A DNA stretch of 64,000 nt from Acinetobacter phage Phab24. Where the stretch lies: the sequence record MZ477002.1. One strand, 5' to 3'. Positions 27,409-36,568 of the stretch are shown here, piece by piece. The notes beneath the pieces were generated by a model. That model was not told where the DNA came from and did no database searches. It saw only the letters and a list, made by a program, of their open reading frames with translations. How positions within the stretch are numbered: the stretch's first letter is position 1; the number at the start of each line of letters is the position of its first letter. Made by a program: the position numbers and the translations under genes.

Positions 27409-27596
27409 ACACCCACAAGATTTCGTATTTCCAGTTTTAAAGAGTTTTCTCTAACTTCTACATTACTTCCACAATCGCACCGACAAAACCAAGCTCTATA
27501 ACGCCCTTTAATCTTCTTAGTCTCATGTAAAACAAGCAATCTTCCGTATTTATTTCCAGATAAATCGTCAGTATTTTTCAAAATAAACCTCAACAA
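27405..27596 (-). CDS. HNH–AP2 homing endonuclease, N-terminal portion (0 frame)
   Basis: GNKYGRLLVLHE...WFCRCDCGSNVEVRENSL is the typical N-terminal zinc module of this family. It ends just after a U_UUA_AAA heptamer at 27435..27441. Confidence 0.65.
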   Translation of the reverse strand: MLRFILKNTDDLSGNKYGRLLVLHETKKIKGRYRAWFCRCDCGSNVEVRENSLKLEIRNLVGV

Positions 27597-28666
27597 AACA
27601 TCTTCATGCGTTCTTCAAAATTAAATTCATAGCAAGTGTTGTTTTTTAGTGTATGGCGATATTGAATCCAACCACGAAAGTTAGCACTACACAGCTCACC
27701 GTAACGATTACGATGAGTGACACCATCTTGCCAATTATCTGAATCTGAATATGAAATCTCCGAACCATCTAAGGGTATGTCAAACTCAAAATCTTTATCA
27801 CAGATAGGCGTAGCAACGTGTTCAGCAGGGCTTGAGTGTAACACATCAGCCTCTAGTAACCGCTTATAAATATCTTGTGATTTCTCCAAAGTCATCTCTT
27901 CAGTACGGTATGATACCGAAGCACAACGAGCAATAGAATACTTAATAGCTTGATCCAATGTCAAAGTGTTTTCAAACTTATAACCATCTGTTTCTGTCCC
28001 CGTAGTATCAACATTCCAAATATAATAATACGTGTTCTTAGGGTTGTATTGATCTTGAGAAATTTCTAAATAAGGTAAGTGGAACTCTCCACAACGTAAC
28101 GTGTTAGGTACAGAGGCTTCAATAGCTTTATAAATCTTATAAGCCAGCATCAGAATTTCGGGTTGAGCATCTGGATGAATCCGTAGGTTAAAGAAATTGT
28201 CCCAATCGGTAGCAGTTAAAACTTGCTTAACCATCTGAAACGGTTCTAACAATCGTCCGCTAATCTGCTTATGTAATTCACACTCATTATCTAGTCGTTC
28301 AACAATATGAATCATTTCATCTTTTGCTTCATTCCATAAATATAGAGCATGCAGTTTACTTTCACTATTAATTTCAACTTCAGCCGACATTCCACTCTGT
28401 TTCTTACCTAAATACAAAGGCTCGAACCCATTATCTCTAATTTGCTGAATGGCTTTTTTCAAAGTTATTGCTCGTGTACTCGAACAGTTTTTACTAATAG
28501 CATTATGTGTGTTAATTTCAGCAAGGACAATTCGTGGAGCTTCAACTTCTAGTGTTGTAATACGAATACCTTGCTCATTAATACTATCACAAATAACTTT
28601 AGCTGTAATATTTGTTGATCTGTTAAAAAATTCTTTAGTTAGCGACATTACCATACTCCTTTTCAA
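27590..28666 (-). CDS. ThyX (flavin-dependent thymidylate synthase, Thy1 fold)-like protein, divergent
   Basis: [27 protein letters not shown] aligns with ThyX [36 protein letters not shown] aligns with GHETPFEHI. A second [10 protein letters not shown] sits near the C-terminus. RHR is replaced by THN in the first copy. Confidence 0.45.
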   Translation of the reverse strand: [358 protein letters not shown]

Positions 28667-28958
28667 ATTTTACATATTTAGTATTATTACTAGCAACTAA
28701 TGGTAGTGTTTCAATTTCATCATTATAAAGATACATTTCCTCTACCTGATTATTTTTCTTATTAAGACGTAAAATCGTATAACAACAAATACAATCATTA
28801 ATGTAATAAACACCATCTCTGTTCGTTATTCTAGTTGAGTCAGAAACAAACCATTTCTTTCCTTTATACAGAACAATATCACCAACTTTACGGATGAACT
28901 TTTCTGATTCTTTGTATTGAAAATCACGATCATCATTATAATATTTACTTGTAGTCAT
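28635..28958 (-). CDS. hypothetical protein (107 aa)
   Basis: ORF track. Confidence 0.5.
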   Translation of the reverse strand: MTTSKYYNDDRDFQYKESEKFIRKVGDIVLYKGKKWFVSDSTRITNRDGVYYINDCICCYTILRLNKKNNQVEEMYLYNDEIETLPLVASNNTKYVKFEKEYGNVAN

Positions 28959-29146
28959 TATTCATCATCCTCTTCAAATGTTAAATCATAGACAACCTTA
29001 CTATCCATCTTGTACCAATAGTCACCAAAGTCACTAGGTTTAACATTCACACCTAATTTCTCATTTAAGTAATCACAGAATAAATGTTGTGCTTCTGAAT
29101 AGATTTTCTCATATTCATCAAAATCTATATAAATTTTATCTCTCAT
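28958..29146 (-). CDS. hypothetical protein (62 aa)
   Basis: ORF track. Confidence 0.45.
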   Translation of the reverse strand: MRDKIYIDFDEYEKIYSEAQHLFCDYLNEKLGVNVKPSDFGDYWYKMDSKVVYDLTFEEDDE

Positions 29147-29462
29147 TAAAACCTCCTAGATTTTCAAATATTTCCGGAAAATCTTTTTTAAGCTTCAAAA
29201 CACTTTCAGAAATAAAGATATAAGTTTCCTCTTCACCGTGCTTGTATTCACTTTTATTTTCAGTAAAAGCTAAAGGTATTAATGGTGAATATACGCGTAT
29301 ATAATGATAACCAAATCTCTCATAAACACCGAGTTTAAGAATACATTTATATTCCTTGTCCTGAAGAATCCAATACTCTTTAATATCAACATCATCTAAA
29401 ATATTATAAGATAATGGATCGACTTTATCGCTCACTAATATACTCATTACTCTATCTCCCAA
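29136..29462 (-). CDS. hypothetical protein (108 aa)
   Basis: ORF track. Confidence 0.5.
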   Translation of the reverse strand: MGDRVMSILVSDKVDPLSYNILDDVDIKEYWILQDKEYKCILKLGVYERFGYHYIRVYSPLIPLAFTENKSEYKHGEEETYIFISESVLKLKKDFPEIFENLGGFNER

Positions 29463-29686
29463 TATTCATGTTTAGATTCGTCAAACTTAAAACTGTGATA
29501 CTCAAATAAATTATACAATTCTTGATCATAATTACTACAGTTTATATTCTCGAAATCCTCTAATATAATACACCAACCTTCCCAACGATCTCTGAAATCA
29601 CCACCATCAATAACCTTAATTAAATCAACCATTATCTTTATCCTTAAAGTAATGAACTTCAATGGTGAAAATGTTGATACGTTCAT
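29447..29686 (-). CDS. hypothetical protein (79 aa)
   Basis: ORF track. Confidence 0.45.
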   Translation of the reverse strand: MNVSTFSPLKFITLRIKIMVDLIKVIDGGDFRDRWEGWCIILEDFENINCSNYDQELYNLFEYHSFKFDESKHEYWEIE

Positions 29687-29807
29687 CGAAAGAAACTAAT
29701 GACTGATGTTTCTCAATAGCTTCTTCAACATTATCAAAGACTCCATGATCATCCAACCATTCACCAGAATCATTATACTGGTTTATAATATATCTAATCT
29801 TCATCAT
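29625..29807 (-). CDS. hypothetical protein (60 aa)
   Basis: ORF track. Confidence 0.45.
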   Translation of the reverse strand: MMKIRYIINQYNDSGEWLDDHGVFDNVEEAIEKHQSLVSFDERINIFTIEVHYFKDKDNG

Positions 29808-29983
29808 ACCTCCCCTTTATATTCTGCACGAACACCATAAAACAATTCATCACCTTCCCATACAACATCACGATCCCATTCACCAGTATCTAAAGCAATT
29901 TCTTTTGCTTCATCTGCTGTATCAGCAGCAATATATTGATACTCAACCACTAAACGTTCAACAAGGTATAACTTCTTAGTCAT
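29804..29983 (-). CDS. hypothetical acidic small protein (59 aa)
   Basis: Not in the ORF track. ATGA overlap downstream and ATGACTAAG overlap with the upstream stop. Confidence 0.4.
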   Translation of the reverse strand: MTKKLYLVERLVVEYQYIAADTADEAKEIALDTGEWDRDVVWEGDELFYGVRAEYKGEV

Positions 29984-30257
29984 TTAACTTCTCCAAAATA
30001 TTTTTAACTAAACAAGCTACAACAGCGTGTTCTCCGAAATCATTTACATAAGAATCAAAACGCTCTTGCTCTTCTTTTGTAAACAAAAGATTAACATGCT
30101 CTTCATTTTGTGTAAAGAATTGATCTAAATAACTATAGACTTCAGACATACAGTTTAGTTCTGTCTCAGACATATCTTTAATGCATTGGACTATAACTTC
30201 TTCAGGAATATCCACACCTGAATCTGAATTAATATTATTAATGTTAAATGTACTCAT
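29976..30257 (-). CDS. hypothetical protein (93 aa)
   Basis: ORF track. Confidence 0.5.
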   Translation of the reverse strand: MSTFNINNINSDSGVDIPEEVIVQCIKDMSETELNCMSEVYSYLDQFFTQNEEHVNLLFTKEEQERFDSYVNDFGEHAVVACLVKNILEKLND

Positions 30258-30469
30258 TACCGAATCTCAACACTATAACCCAAATAATTCAACGCTTCTA
30301 CAAGTAAGTCCTCAACGTAAAAGTCATTGTTTCCGTAACAACTACCAACAGGAATATGCTCAAAAACAACCTCACCATCAACGGTTACTCGACCACCTTG
30401 TTCTGAACCACCACCACATTGTTCACAATCGGAATAATTAGTCATTTGTTCAATTACAATTTTCTTCAT
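30257..30469 (-). CDS. Cys-containing small protein (70 aa)
   Basis: CEQCGGG...SCYGNNDFY. Confidence 0.45.
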   Translation of the reverse strand: MKKIVIEQMTNYSDCEQCGGGSEQGGRVTVDGEVVFEHIPVGSCYGNNDFYVEDLLVEALNYLGYSVEIR

Positions 30470-30789
30470 TATTTAATCTCTCCACGAATGTAATTCAATT
30501 TACCAAGAGTCGCTACACAACGATCAATTGTAGAGCTTACACGATCATTTAAAGCTTGTAAATCCTCAAACCCTACCAACCCTACCTCTAAAGAGTAAAT
30601 ACGCTGTAACACTACATTAAGGCTTGAATAATAACCTACAACATATCGTGCAACTTCTCCAACACTCTTACCTTTCTGAGCAATAGTTAGCTTATACAAA
30701 ATAATGTTAAAATCATCACCATCAATTGCATAACCAACTTCTACATTCCCATCATCCAACTGAATCGGATGTTTCAGAACTAACATCAC
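30469..30789 (-). CDS. hypothetical protein (106 aa)
   Basis: ORF track. Confidence 0.5.
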   Translation of the reverse strand: MMLVLKHPIQLDDGNVEVGYAIDGDDFNIILYKLTIAQKGKSVGEVARYVVGYYSSLNVVLQRIYSLEVGLVGFEDLQALNDRVSSTIDRCVATLGKLNYIRGEIK

Positions 30790-31234
30790 CTTCCTCCTTA
30801 ATTTCCTCTAAAATCATTTTCAGATTCCATCTAGCATCAAAATAGTTATTTAATTGATCTTTTAATCTATCAAGATCGTCGGATTGAGCAATTTGACTAC
30901 CATCTCCATACTCATCAACAATACTCGCTACATAAAAATATGACTTATTTGTTTCATATTCTTTTATTTGCTTTGGGGTTTTATGTAGATGTTCATAATT
31001 TGGAAAAATTGCAAACATTTCAGAATTAGATAATACAACCTTTTTCTCCAACGCTCTCATTCGAGTTCTATCTTTCAGTGATTTTTCAATATAATCTTGC
31101 AAAACCACTTCTGACGTAAAAACAGTACCATCGAATGCTTTATAAGTTACATCACCAATATGACGAACAATCTCAACATTATCCCACGGTACGAATTCAA
31201 ATCTATTCAACTTAAATACTTTCACATCCGACAT
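30752..31234 (-). CDS. hypothetical protein (160 aa)
   Basis: ORF track. Confidence 0.5.
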   Translation of the reverse strand: MSDVKVFKLNRFEFVPWDNVEIVRHIGDVTYKAFDGTVFTSEVVLQDYIEKSLKDRTRMRALEKKVVLSNSEMFAIFPNYEHLHKTPKQIKEYETNKSYFYVASIVDEYGDGSQIAQSDDLDRLKDQLNNYFDARWNLKMILEEIKEEGDVSSETSDSVG

Positions 31235-31235
31235 G

Positions 31236-31472
31236 TTAGTTATCCTTAGTTTTTAAAAATTCACTCTCGATCTTTATAATACCTGATTCAAATAAATACT
31301 CAACATCGAATTGATCTAAAACGTATTCTTCAAATAAATTATAATCTTGACTAAGATCGGACCACTTATCTCTACACTGTTCAACGAGTGTGTCAATATA
31401 AGAGTTTAATCTATCTTTATCAACATTTGTATATAGTGATAACTTTAATTCACTCAAGCTCGTATCATTCAT
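31236..31472 (-). CDS. hypothetical protein (78 aa)
   Basis: ORF track. Confidence 0.5.
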   Translation of the reverse strand: MNDTSLSELKLSLYTNVDKDRLNSYIDTLVEQCRDKWSDLSQDYNLFEEYVLDQFDVEYLFESGIIKIESEFLKTKDN

Positions 31473-31635
31473 CTAGACATTCCTCATCTATTGTAAAAGG
31501 AATGTTATTAGCAAGGACAGAAATAACCAACTTACACTCTTCTTTGCTTAAATTAGCAAAACCTTCAACCCAATCTCCATCATTGAGAATTTTATCAACC
31601 TCATCTACAATTTCTAACCACCGTTGCCTATCCAT
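31465..31635 (-). CDS. hypothetical small protein (56 aa)
   Basis: Not in the ORF track. TAATG overlap upstream and ATGAATGA overlap downstream. Confidence 0.4.
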   Translation of the reverse strand: MDRQRWLEIVDEVDKILNDGDWVEGFANLSKEECKLVISVLANNIPFTIDEECLDE

Positions 31636-31832
31636 TAACAAAACTCCTTATTTAAGCTACAATACAAGCTGTCCTGAATACTTTCACTCTCACCTGATAC
31701 AAACATACCATCAACATCGTAATCTCGCTGTAATCGCTTATTTCGAGCTTCTACAGCACCTTTCTTAATACGTTTCTTAGCTTGCTCATATTCATAGTCA
31801 GATTTAAAATTACTTACGTCCAAACGTTTCAT
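31635..31832 (-). CDS. basic small protein (65 aa)
   Basis: ORF track. Confidence 0.45.
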   Translation of the reverse strand: MKRLDVSNFKSDYEYEQAKKRIKKGAVEARNKRLQRDYDVDGMFVSGESESIQDSLYCSLNKEFC

Positions 31833-31963
31833 TTGTATATTTCCTATTTGTATTTACCTTTAATTAAATCAAGCATAATGACTCCAAATGTCATGTATTT
31901 AACTTTTTATATTATTACCGACAATAAAAAAGATGTCAAGCCTTTTGACCTGACATCTCGAAA

Positions 31964-32197
31964 TTATTTTAAAATATTTTTTAACTCTTGAAGACCACCT
32001 AAATAGTTTCCATCAGAGGTAATCATAGGAAAGGACTTATGCTTACCACCACTAACTTCCAAGAACTCTTTTAGTTGATAATCAGAACCTAGTGTCAGGT
32101 ATTTGTAAGAAACTCCTTTCATCTCACACAACTGTTTAGCTTCAGAACACCCAGAACATCCAGACTTACCATAAATTTCAATCATCATATACCCCAC
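31964..32197 (-). CDS. NrdH-like glutaredoxin
   Basis: 77 aa. YGKSGCSGCSEAKQL shows the CxxC redox motif in a glutaredoxin/NrdH context. It sits immediately downstream of the RNR genes. The CSGC spacing differs from classical CVQC. Confidence 0.65.
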   Translation of the reverse strand: MGYMMIEIYGKSGCSGCSEAKQLCEMKGVSYKYLTLGSDYQLKEFLEVSGGKHKSFPMITSDGNYLGGLQELKNILK

Positions 32198-33942
32198 TAA
32201 CCACTACAACTATCACACTCAAAATTAGTTTTAATGCTAGCATCCCTCATTCCTGTGTGATAATACAGACTAACAATGTGTTCCTTTAAATACGCATAAA
32301 GATACACTTTACTAATCTCCTTACCAGACATGTTTGCAATAAATAAATTGCAACTTTGTGCTTGGGAAATATTAGGTTGTCGCTGATCAACCATATCAAT
32401 ATGAACATATGGGCTGATTTCAAACGCTGTTCTAAATACCGCTTTCTCTTCTTCAGTGAATTCAGGTCTGTGTTGAATACTTCCTTTATGGTTGTTTATA
32501 TCACCAAGTAACTTAGCTGTATCAACATCATCATCTCCTTTGTATAGACCTTTATCTTTCAATAATTGCAAGAAAGAAGGGTCGATACGAACAACCTCAC
32601 CAGAAGGTGTTGATTGCGTGAATACATAGGCTGGTTGAGGGTTAATACCTTCAGAAACACCTCCCATAATAAGTGCAGTACTCTTAGTAGGAGCAATTGC
32701 TGTAATATGTGTATTTCTCATACCAGTTCCAACACACCACTCTGGCTCTCCATAAATGGACGCTAACCACTTAGATGCACTCTCACCTTCTTGTCGGATT
32801 TTTTCGAAGATTTCCTCATTCAGAACTTGAGAATCAAAACCACCATAAACCAGTTTTTCATCAAGTAAAAGAGAATGGAAACCCATGACTCCATAACCTA
32901 ACGCACGACTCTTCTCTGTGAATCTTACTGCTTTTTCTAAACCTTGAATCTCCTTACCTCTACGAATGAAATCTTCAGCTACACAATCCAACATCACCGT
33001 TCCAACAAAGGCTAAGTTGTCTGGTCTTTGACGATATTTCTTCAAGTTTTCTGAAGATAGTACACAAGTATAAGTATGGTCTTGATCAGAAAACAGAGTG
33101 ATTTCTGTACAAAGTTGAGATGCTTTTATATCTAAGTTATTAAGGTGATATGCTAAAGGTTTTTGACGGTTAGCTTTATCTACAAAGAATTGATAACCTA
33201 AGCCTACAGATGTTTTTGTGGACAACATCTTACCCCAGCGTTTAATAGCTTTCTTGTCTCCGATCAACAACTTATCACGAAAAGAGTCAGTTAAACACCA
33301 ACCACCATTGTTACCGTCTGTTTCATACTCAAGGTAATGAACTAACTCGTCAAAATCTTCCCCTTCAATAGGGTAATACCAAGCACTCGCACCGCGTCTA
33401 CTACTCCCTTGACTAATCTTTTTTGAATCATCAACAAACATTTCAGCAACAGGTTGTGCGCCTGAAGCCTCACCACCTTTCATCTTACTACCACGAGGAC
33501 GGATATCTCCAAGATATACAGAAGTCCCAAAACCCTCTTTACTCAACAAAGCGTTCTGTTTTCGTGTCTCATAAAAATCATAAACACTGTCACCAACATA
33601 ACTACCACTACAGCTAACAGACTGTCCAAAGTTTGTCCCTGTGTTTGTTAGAACAGGAGTAGAAGGTGAGATAAACCCGTCAAACATAACAGAGAAGAAA
33701 GCCTCTTCCCAAGTCTTTCCTTTAAAATATTCATTGTCATCCCACCAATCAGGGTAAACATCCTTCATATACGAAGCTAATGTTTTCGCTATCCGTTTAT
33801 GTTGGTCTTTTAAACTCTTACTTTCACCATTCATATATTTGGTTGAAAATAATTGCCAACCTTGTGTTGTCATCCAATCAGGAAGCACTCCACTCTTCTG
33901 CAAATCCTTTCTTTCTTTACTAAAATCTCGAACCTTAGACAC
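32197..33942 (-). CDS. ribonucleotide reductase class I large (alpha) subunit, no ATP-cone
   Basis: 581 aa. Catalytic-site region QLCTEIT (compare NLCSEI). Conserved GLGYQ / ALGYGVMGFH blocks. C-terminal CDSCSG redox tail. Confidence 0.9.
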   Translation of the reverse strand: MSKVRDFSKERKDLQKSGVLPDWMTTQGWQLFSTKYMNGESKSLKDQHKRIAKTLASYMKDVYPDWWDDNEYFKGKTWEEAFFSVMFDGFISPSTPVLTNTGTNFGQSVSCSGSYVGDSVYDFYETRKQNALLSKEGFGTSVYLGDIRPRGSKMKGGEASGAQPVAEMFVDDSKKISQGSSRRGASAWYYPIEGEDFDELVHYLEYETDGNNGGWCLTDSFRDKLLIGDKKAIKRWGKMLSTKTSVGLGYQFFVDKANRQKPLAYHLNNLDIKASQLCTEITLFSDQDHTYTCVLSSENLKKYRQRPDNLAFVGTVMLDCVAEDFIRRGKEIQGLEKAVRFTEKSRALGYGVMGFHSLLLDEKLVYGGFDSQVLNEEIFEKIRQEGESASKWLASIYGEPEWCVGTGMRNTHITAIAPTKSTALIMGGVSEGINPQPAYVFTQSTPSGEVVRIDPSFLQLLKDKGLYKGDDDVDTAKLLGDINNHKGSIQHRPEFTEEEKAVFRTAFEISPYVHIDMVDQRQPNISQAQSCNLFIANMSGKEISKVYLYAYLKEHIVSLYYHTGMRDASIKTNFECDSCSG

Positions 33943-34966
33943 TTAAATCATACCCTGCCTTATACAAAACATCATTATAACTACCATCAGAAAATATGTC
34001 AAAATCTTTCTCTGAGAATTCCTTTTTATAGTTTCTACCTCGACTGTAGAAGTTATCGTTAAACTTAAACGAGTTCATAGAAGAATAAAACCAACTACTG
34101 ATAGTATCGCCAGTCTCATCAAAAACACTAGGATAACCTAAAGCATTCAAAACAACATTACAACGATGAGCAGCAAAAGCTTCTAGTTCTTCAGCAGACG
34201 CAAAAGGAATATCACCCTTTGAGAGCATAGCTTTGATAATCATCTTCTCATGTTCTAGAACATACTCAGCTTGAGTATAAATCTTGTCTCGAAGCTCTTG
34301 TAACTCAGCAGAACTTCTCTTCTCTTGTGATAATTGGAGTTTAAAAATCTCAGAAGCCATCTCCATGTGATGCGCCTCATCCAAACAACTCATATCAATA
34401 CCAGAGATTAGGTTTGGCATAAGGTTCTGACCTTTAACCCCAAGAGATTTAATCATAGCGAAAGCAGTAAATAAAACAGCACCCTCCATGAAAGCAAACC
34501 CTCCCATTGAAGCTAAAGAGTCCTTATCAGCTACAAGCTCTTTCATGAACTTTACACGCTCAATAAGTAATGGGTCTGTCTCAAACTGAGAGTAAAACTC
34601 ATCATTGTGAGTACCCAGCACCTCATTAACTCTTCGGTAGAACGGGAAATGAATATTCATCTCTACATCAGAGAAACACACCGCCATTCGTTGAATTTCA
34701 TGACGCTTATATCGTTTTAAAACAACATTAGCCCAATAATCAACACCAATCACGTTCTCGTATTTTGTAAACAGTTTCTGGTTAAATGAAAGAGCGTGAC
34801 GTTGAGCATCAGTAAGTTTTTTCTTCAGGTCATGCTTATCCTTTTTTAGATCAATTTCCTTTTCTGTCCAGAATAAGTCTTCTTTCTGTTTTACTATCGC
34901 CTCAATGAATTGAGGATATTTATCAACATAACTGCTCGTTTCTTGAAATAAATCACTTACTTTCAC
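33935..34966 (-). CDS. ribonucleotide reductase class I small (beta) subunit
   Basis: 343 aa ferritin-like protein with EAHHMEM iron-ligand block. It overlaps the alpha-subunit start by 8 nt. Confidence 0.85.
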   Translation of the reverse strand: MKVSDLFQETSSYVDKYPQFIEAIVKQKEDLFWTEKEIDLKKDKHDLKKKLTDAQRHALSFNQKLFTKYENVIGVDYWANVVLKRYKRHEIQRMAVCFSDVEMNIHFPFYRRVNEVLGTHNDEFYSQFETDPLLIERVKFMKELVADKDSLASMGGFAFMEGAVLFTAFAMIKSLGVKGQNLMPNLISGIDMSCLDEAHHMEMASEIFKLQLSQEKRSSAELQELRDKIYTQAEYVLEHEKMIIKAMLSKGDIPFASAEELEAFAAHRCNVVLNALGYPSVFDETGDTISSWFYSSMNSFKFNDNFYSRGRNYKKEFSEKDFDIFSDGSYNDVLYKAGYDLSV

Positions 34967-35220
34967 TTATTACCTCGTTTAAAAATCAAACTATAAATCC
35001 AAACCACTAACGATTTTGTTAATTTAAACATTACCCAAATCGGTGTAATGAAAACTAAAACAGAAAAGTAAAAACCTTTGAACTTAAAGTAATGATCAAC
35101 TGTTTCATCATCACCAACAAACTCACGAAATGCTTCTTTATTATCTTCAGCATTCTTCACTGTCAAAGTTGCTAGTATTACACCAACAAATAAGTATAAC
35201 ATAAATATATAGAACATCAA
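34963..35220 (-). CDS. small membrane protein (85 aa, 2 TM)
   Basis: Two hydrophobic helices. ATGA coupling. Confidence 0.45.
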   Translation of the reverse strand: MMFYIFMLYLFVGVILATLTVKNAEDNKEAFREFVGDDETVDHYFKFKGFYFSVLVFITPIWVMFKLTKSLVVWIYSLIFKRGNK

Positions 35221-35645
35221 ATCTCTCCGTGACTACCAAATAGTACAGCAGTCTTCATTTGATCTGAACACATTCTGCTGCTTACCCAAGCTTTATCTTC
35301 TCTTTCCAAACCAGTATATCGTTTCTCATTGAGAACAATCTGACCTGTTAATAATGTTTTTTGTTTTTCAACAACTTCAACTTCATACCATCCATCCCTA
35401 AAACCAAATAAGTTTTTAAGAATAGCTTGAATTGATTCTTCTGTGTAATTGGTGACAACAAGCTCTTTAACAACTTTCTTATCATCACCCTCACCAACCT
35501 CTTTCTCTACAATCGTGTAATTTTCTGGTTTAATCAATCCACATTGAACAGCAAGAAAAGCAACATCAGCATTTTTTAAATCACTCTCTGTAGCAAACAC
35601 CCCAACACGATGTTGTATTTTATCTTCTTTAATCTTCTTTTTCAT
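35217..35645 (-). CDS. hypothetical protein (142 aa)
   Basis: ORF track. Confidence 0.5.
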   Translation of the reverse strand: MKKKIKEDKIQHRVGVFATESDLKNADVAFLAVQCGLIKPENYTIVEKEVGEGDDKKVVKELVVTNYTEESIQAILKNLFGFRDGWYEVEVVEKQKTLLTGQIVLNEKRYTGLEREDKAWVSSRMCSDQMKTAVLFGSHGEI

Positions 35646-36279
35646 CTTTAATTTCCATATTCATGTATTGTTCTGTTAGCTCTTCAGCTAAATCTTCTAA
35701 GTCAACACCAACAAAATGTTCAGGTTTACGACACTTACCACTTTCATTAACAAGAAGATAATAACGAACACCATCAACCACTGTAGATTTAGGGAATAAA
35801 GTTTCTCCTTTTGGTGACACCCATGTTCTGAAATAATCAACATCTGTTGTTACTTTTGACATATTATTTTCAATAATACGATCAACAGCTTTTTCAAGAA
35901 CGTTATAACTACCATCTACATCGGCAGGTAGATTAGACAATACAAAATTACCAATAGCTAAAATTAAGTTTGTGTGCTTATAATTAACAATAATACCTTC
36001 ACGTTTCTTAGCTTCTTCGATTAAATAGTGCAAATAAGAAAGTGTATAAATCACATCAACAGCACCATCAATTTCTTCTACTAAATCTAATCCGTAGTTA
36101 TCAATCCACTCAATAATTTCTTCTTTTGTTACGACATTAGACTGAGTGAAAATTGCTTCTTCTAATTCTTCTTTTGTATATTCTTCTACTGCTTTACCAC
36201 GAATAATTTTATTTAATAATATTGCAGATTGTAACGCTTTATTTAAAATACTTTTATATTGCTCAACATTATTTACCAA
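35629..36279 (-). CDS. hypothetical protein (about 216 aa, probable TTG start)
   Basis: AGGAGAG RBS then a TTG at 36279. The track ORF runs on to 36333 with no SD there. Confidence 0.45.
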   Translation of the reverse strand: MVNNVEQYKSILNKALQSAILLNKIIRGKAVEEYTKEELEEAIFTQSNVVTKEEIIEWIDNYGLDLVEEIDGAVDVIYTLSYLHYLIEEAKKREGIIVNYKHTNLILAIGNFVLSNLPADVDGSYNVLEKAVDRIIENNMSKVTTDVDYFRTWVSPKGETLFPKSTVVDGVRYYLLVNESGKCRKPEHFVGVDLEDLAEELTEQYMNMEIKDEKED

Positions 36280-36414
36280 CTTATCTCTCCTACATTGATT
36301 TGGTAGTCGTGTCGGGTACTGCCCCCGAATCAAGCCCTTATCTAGGGAAATGGTTTATAAATCCACCTGCTTTCTTTAAGCTACACGACCTGTATTAAAT
36401 TATAATAATTAATT

Positions 36415-36491
36415 TGGCGCGCTGTACAGGGCTTGAACCTGTGACCATTCACTTAGAAGGCGAATGCTCTATCCAACTGAGCTAACAGCGC
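36415..36491 (-). tRNA. tRNA-Arg (anticodon UCU), CCA encoded
   Basis: Reverse complement GCGCTGT-TA-GCTC-AGTTGGATA-GAGC-A-TTCGC-CTTCTAA-GTGAA-TGGTC-ACAGG-TTCAAGC-CCTGT-ACAGCGC-G-CCA folds as a canonical cloverleaf with a TCT anticodon. Confidence 0.85.
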
Positions 36492-36568
36492 TTTATGAGA
36501 TGAATAATGACACACCAACTAGAATGTGTCAAGATTTATTTTAAATTCAAAGTCTAAGTGTTGTTATT

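Noticed and set aside
36301-36390. Second tRNA (type II, long variable arm) next to tRNA-Arg
   Set aside because: The acceptor, D, variable and T-like arms can be drawn, but the anticodon stem does not base-pair. It is reported only as a tRNA-like relic, not as a gene.
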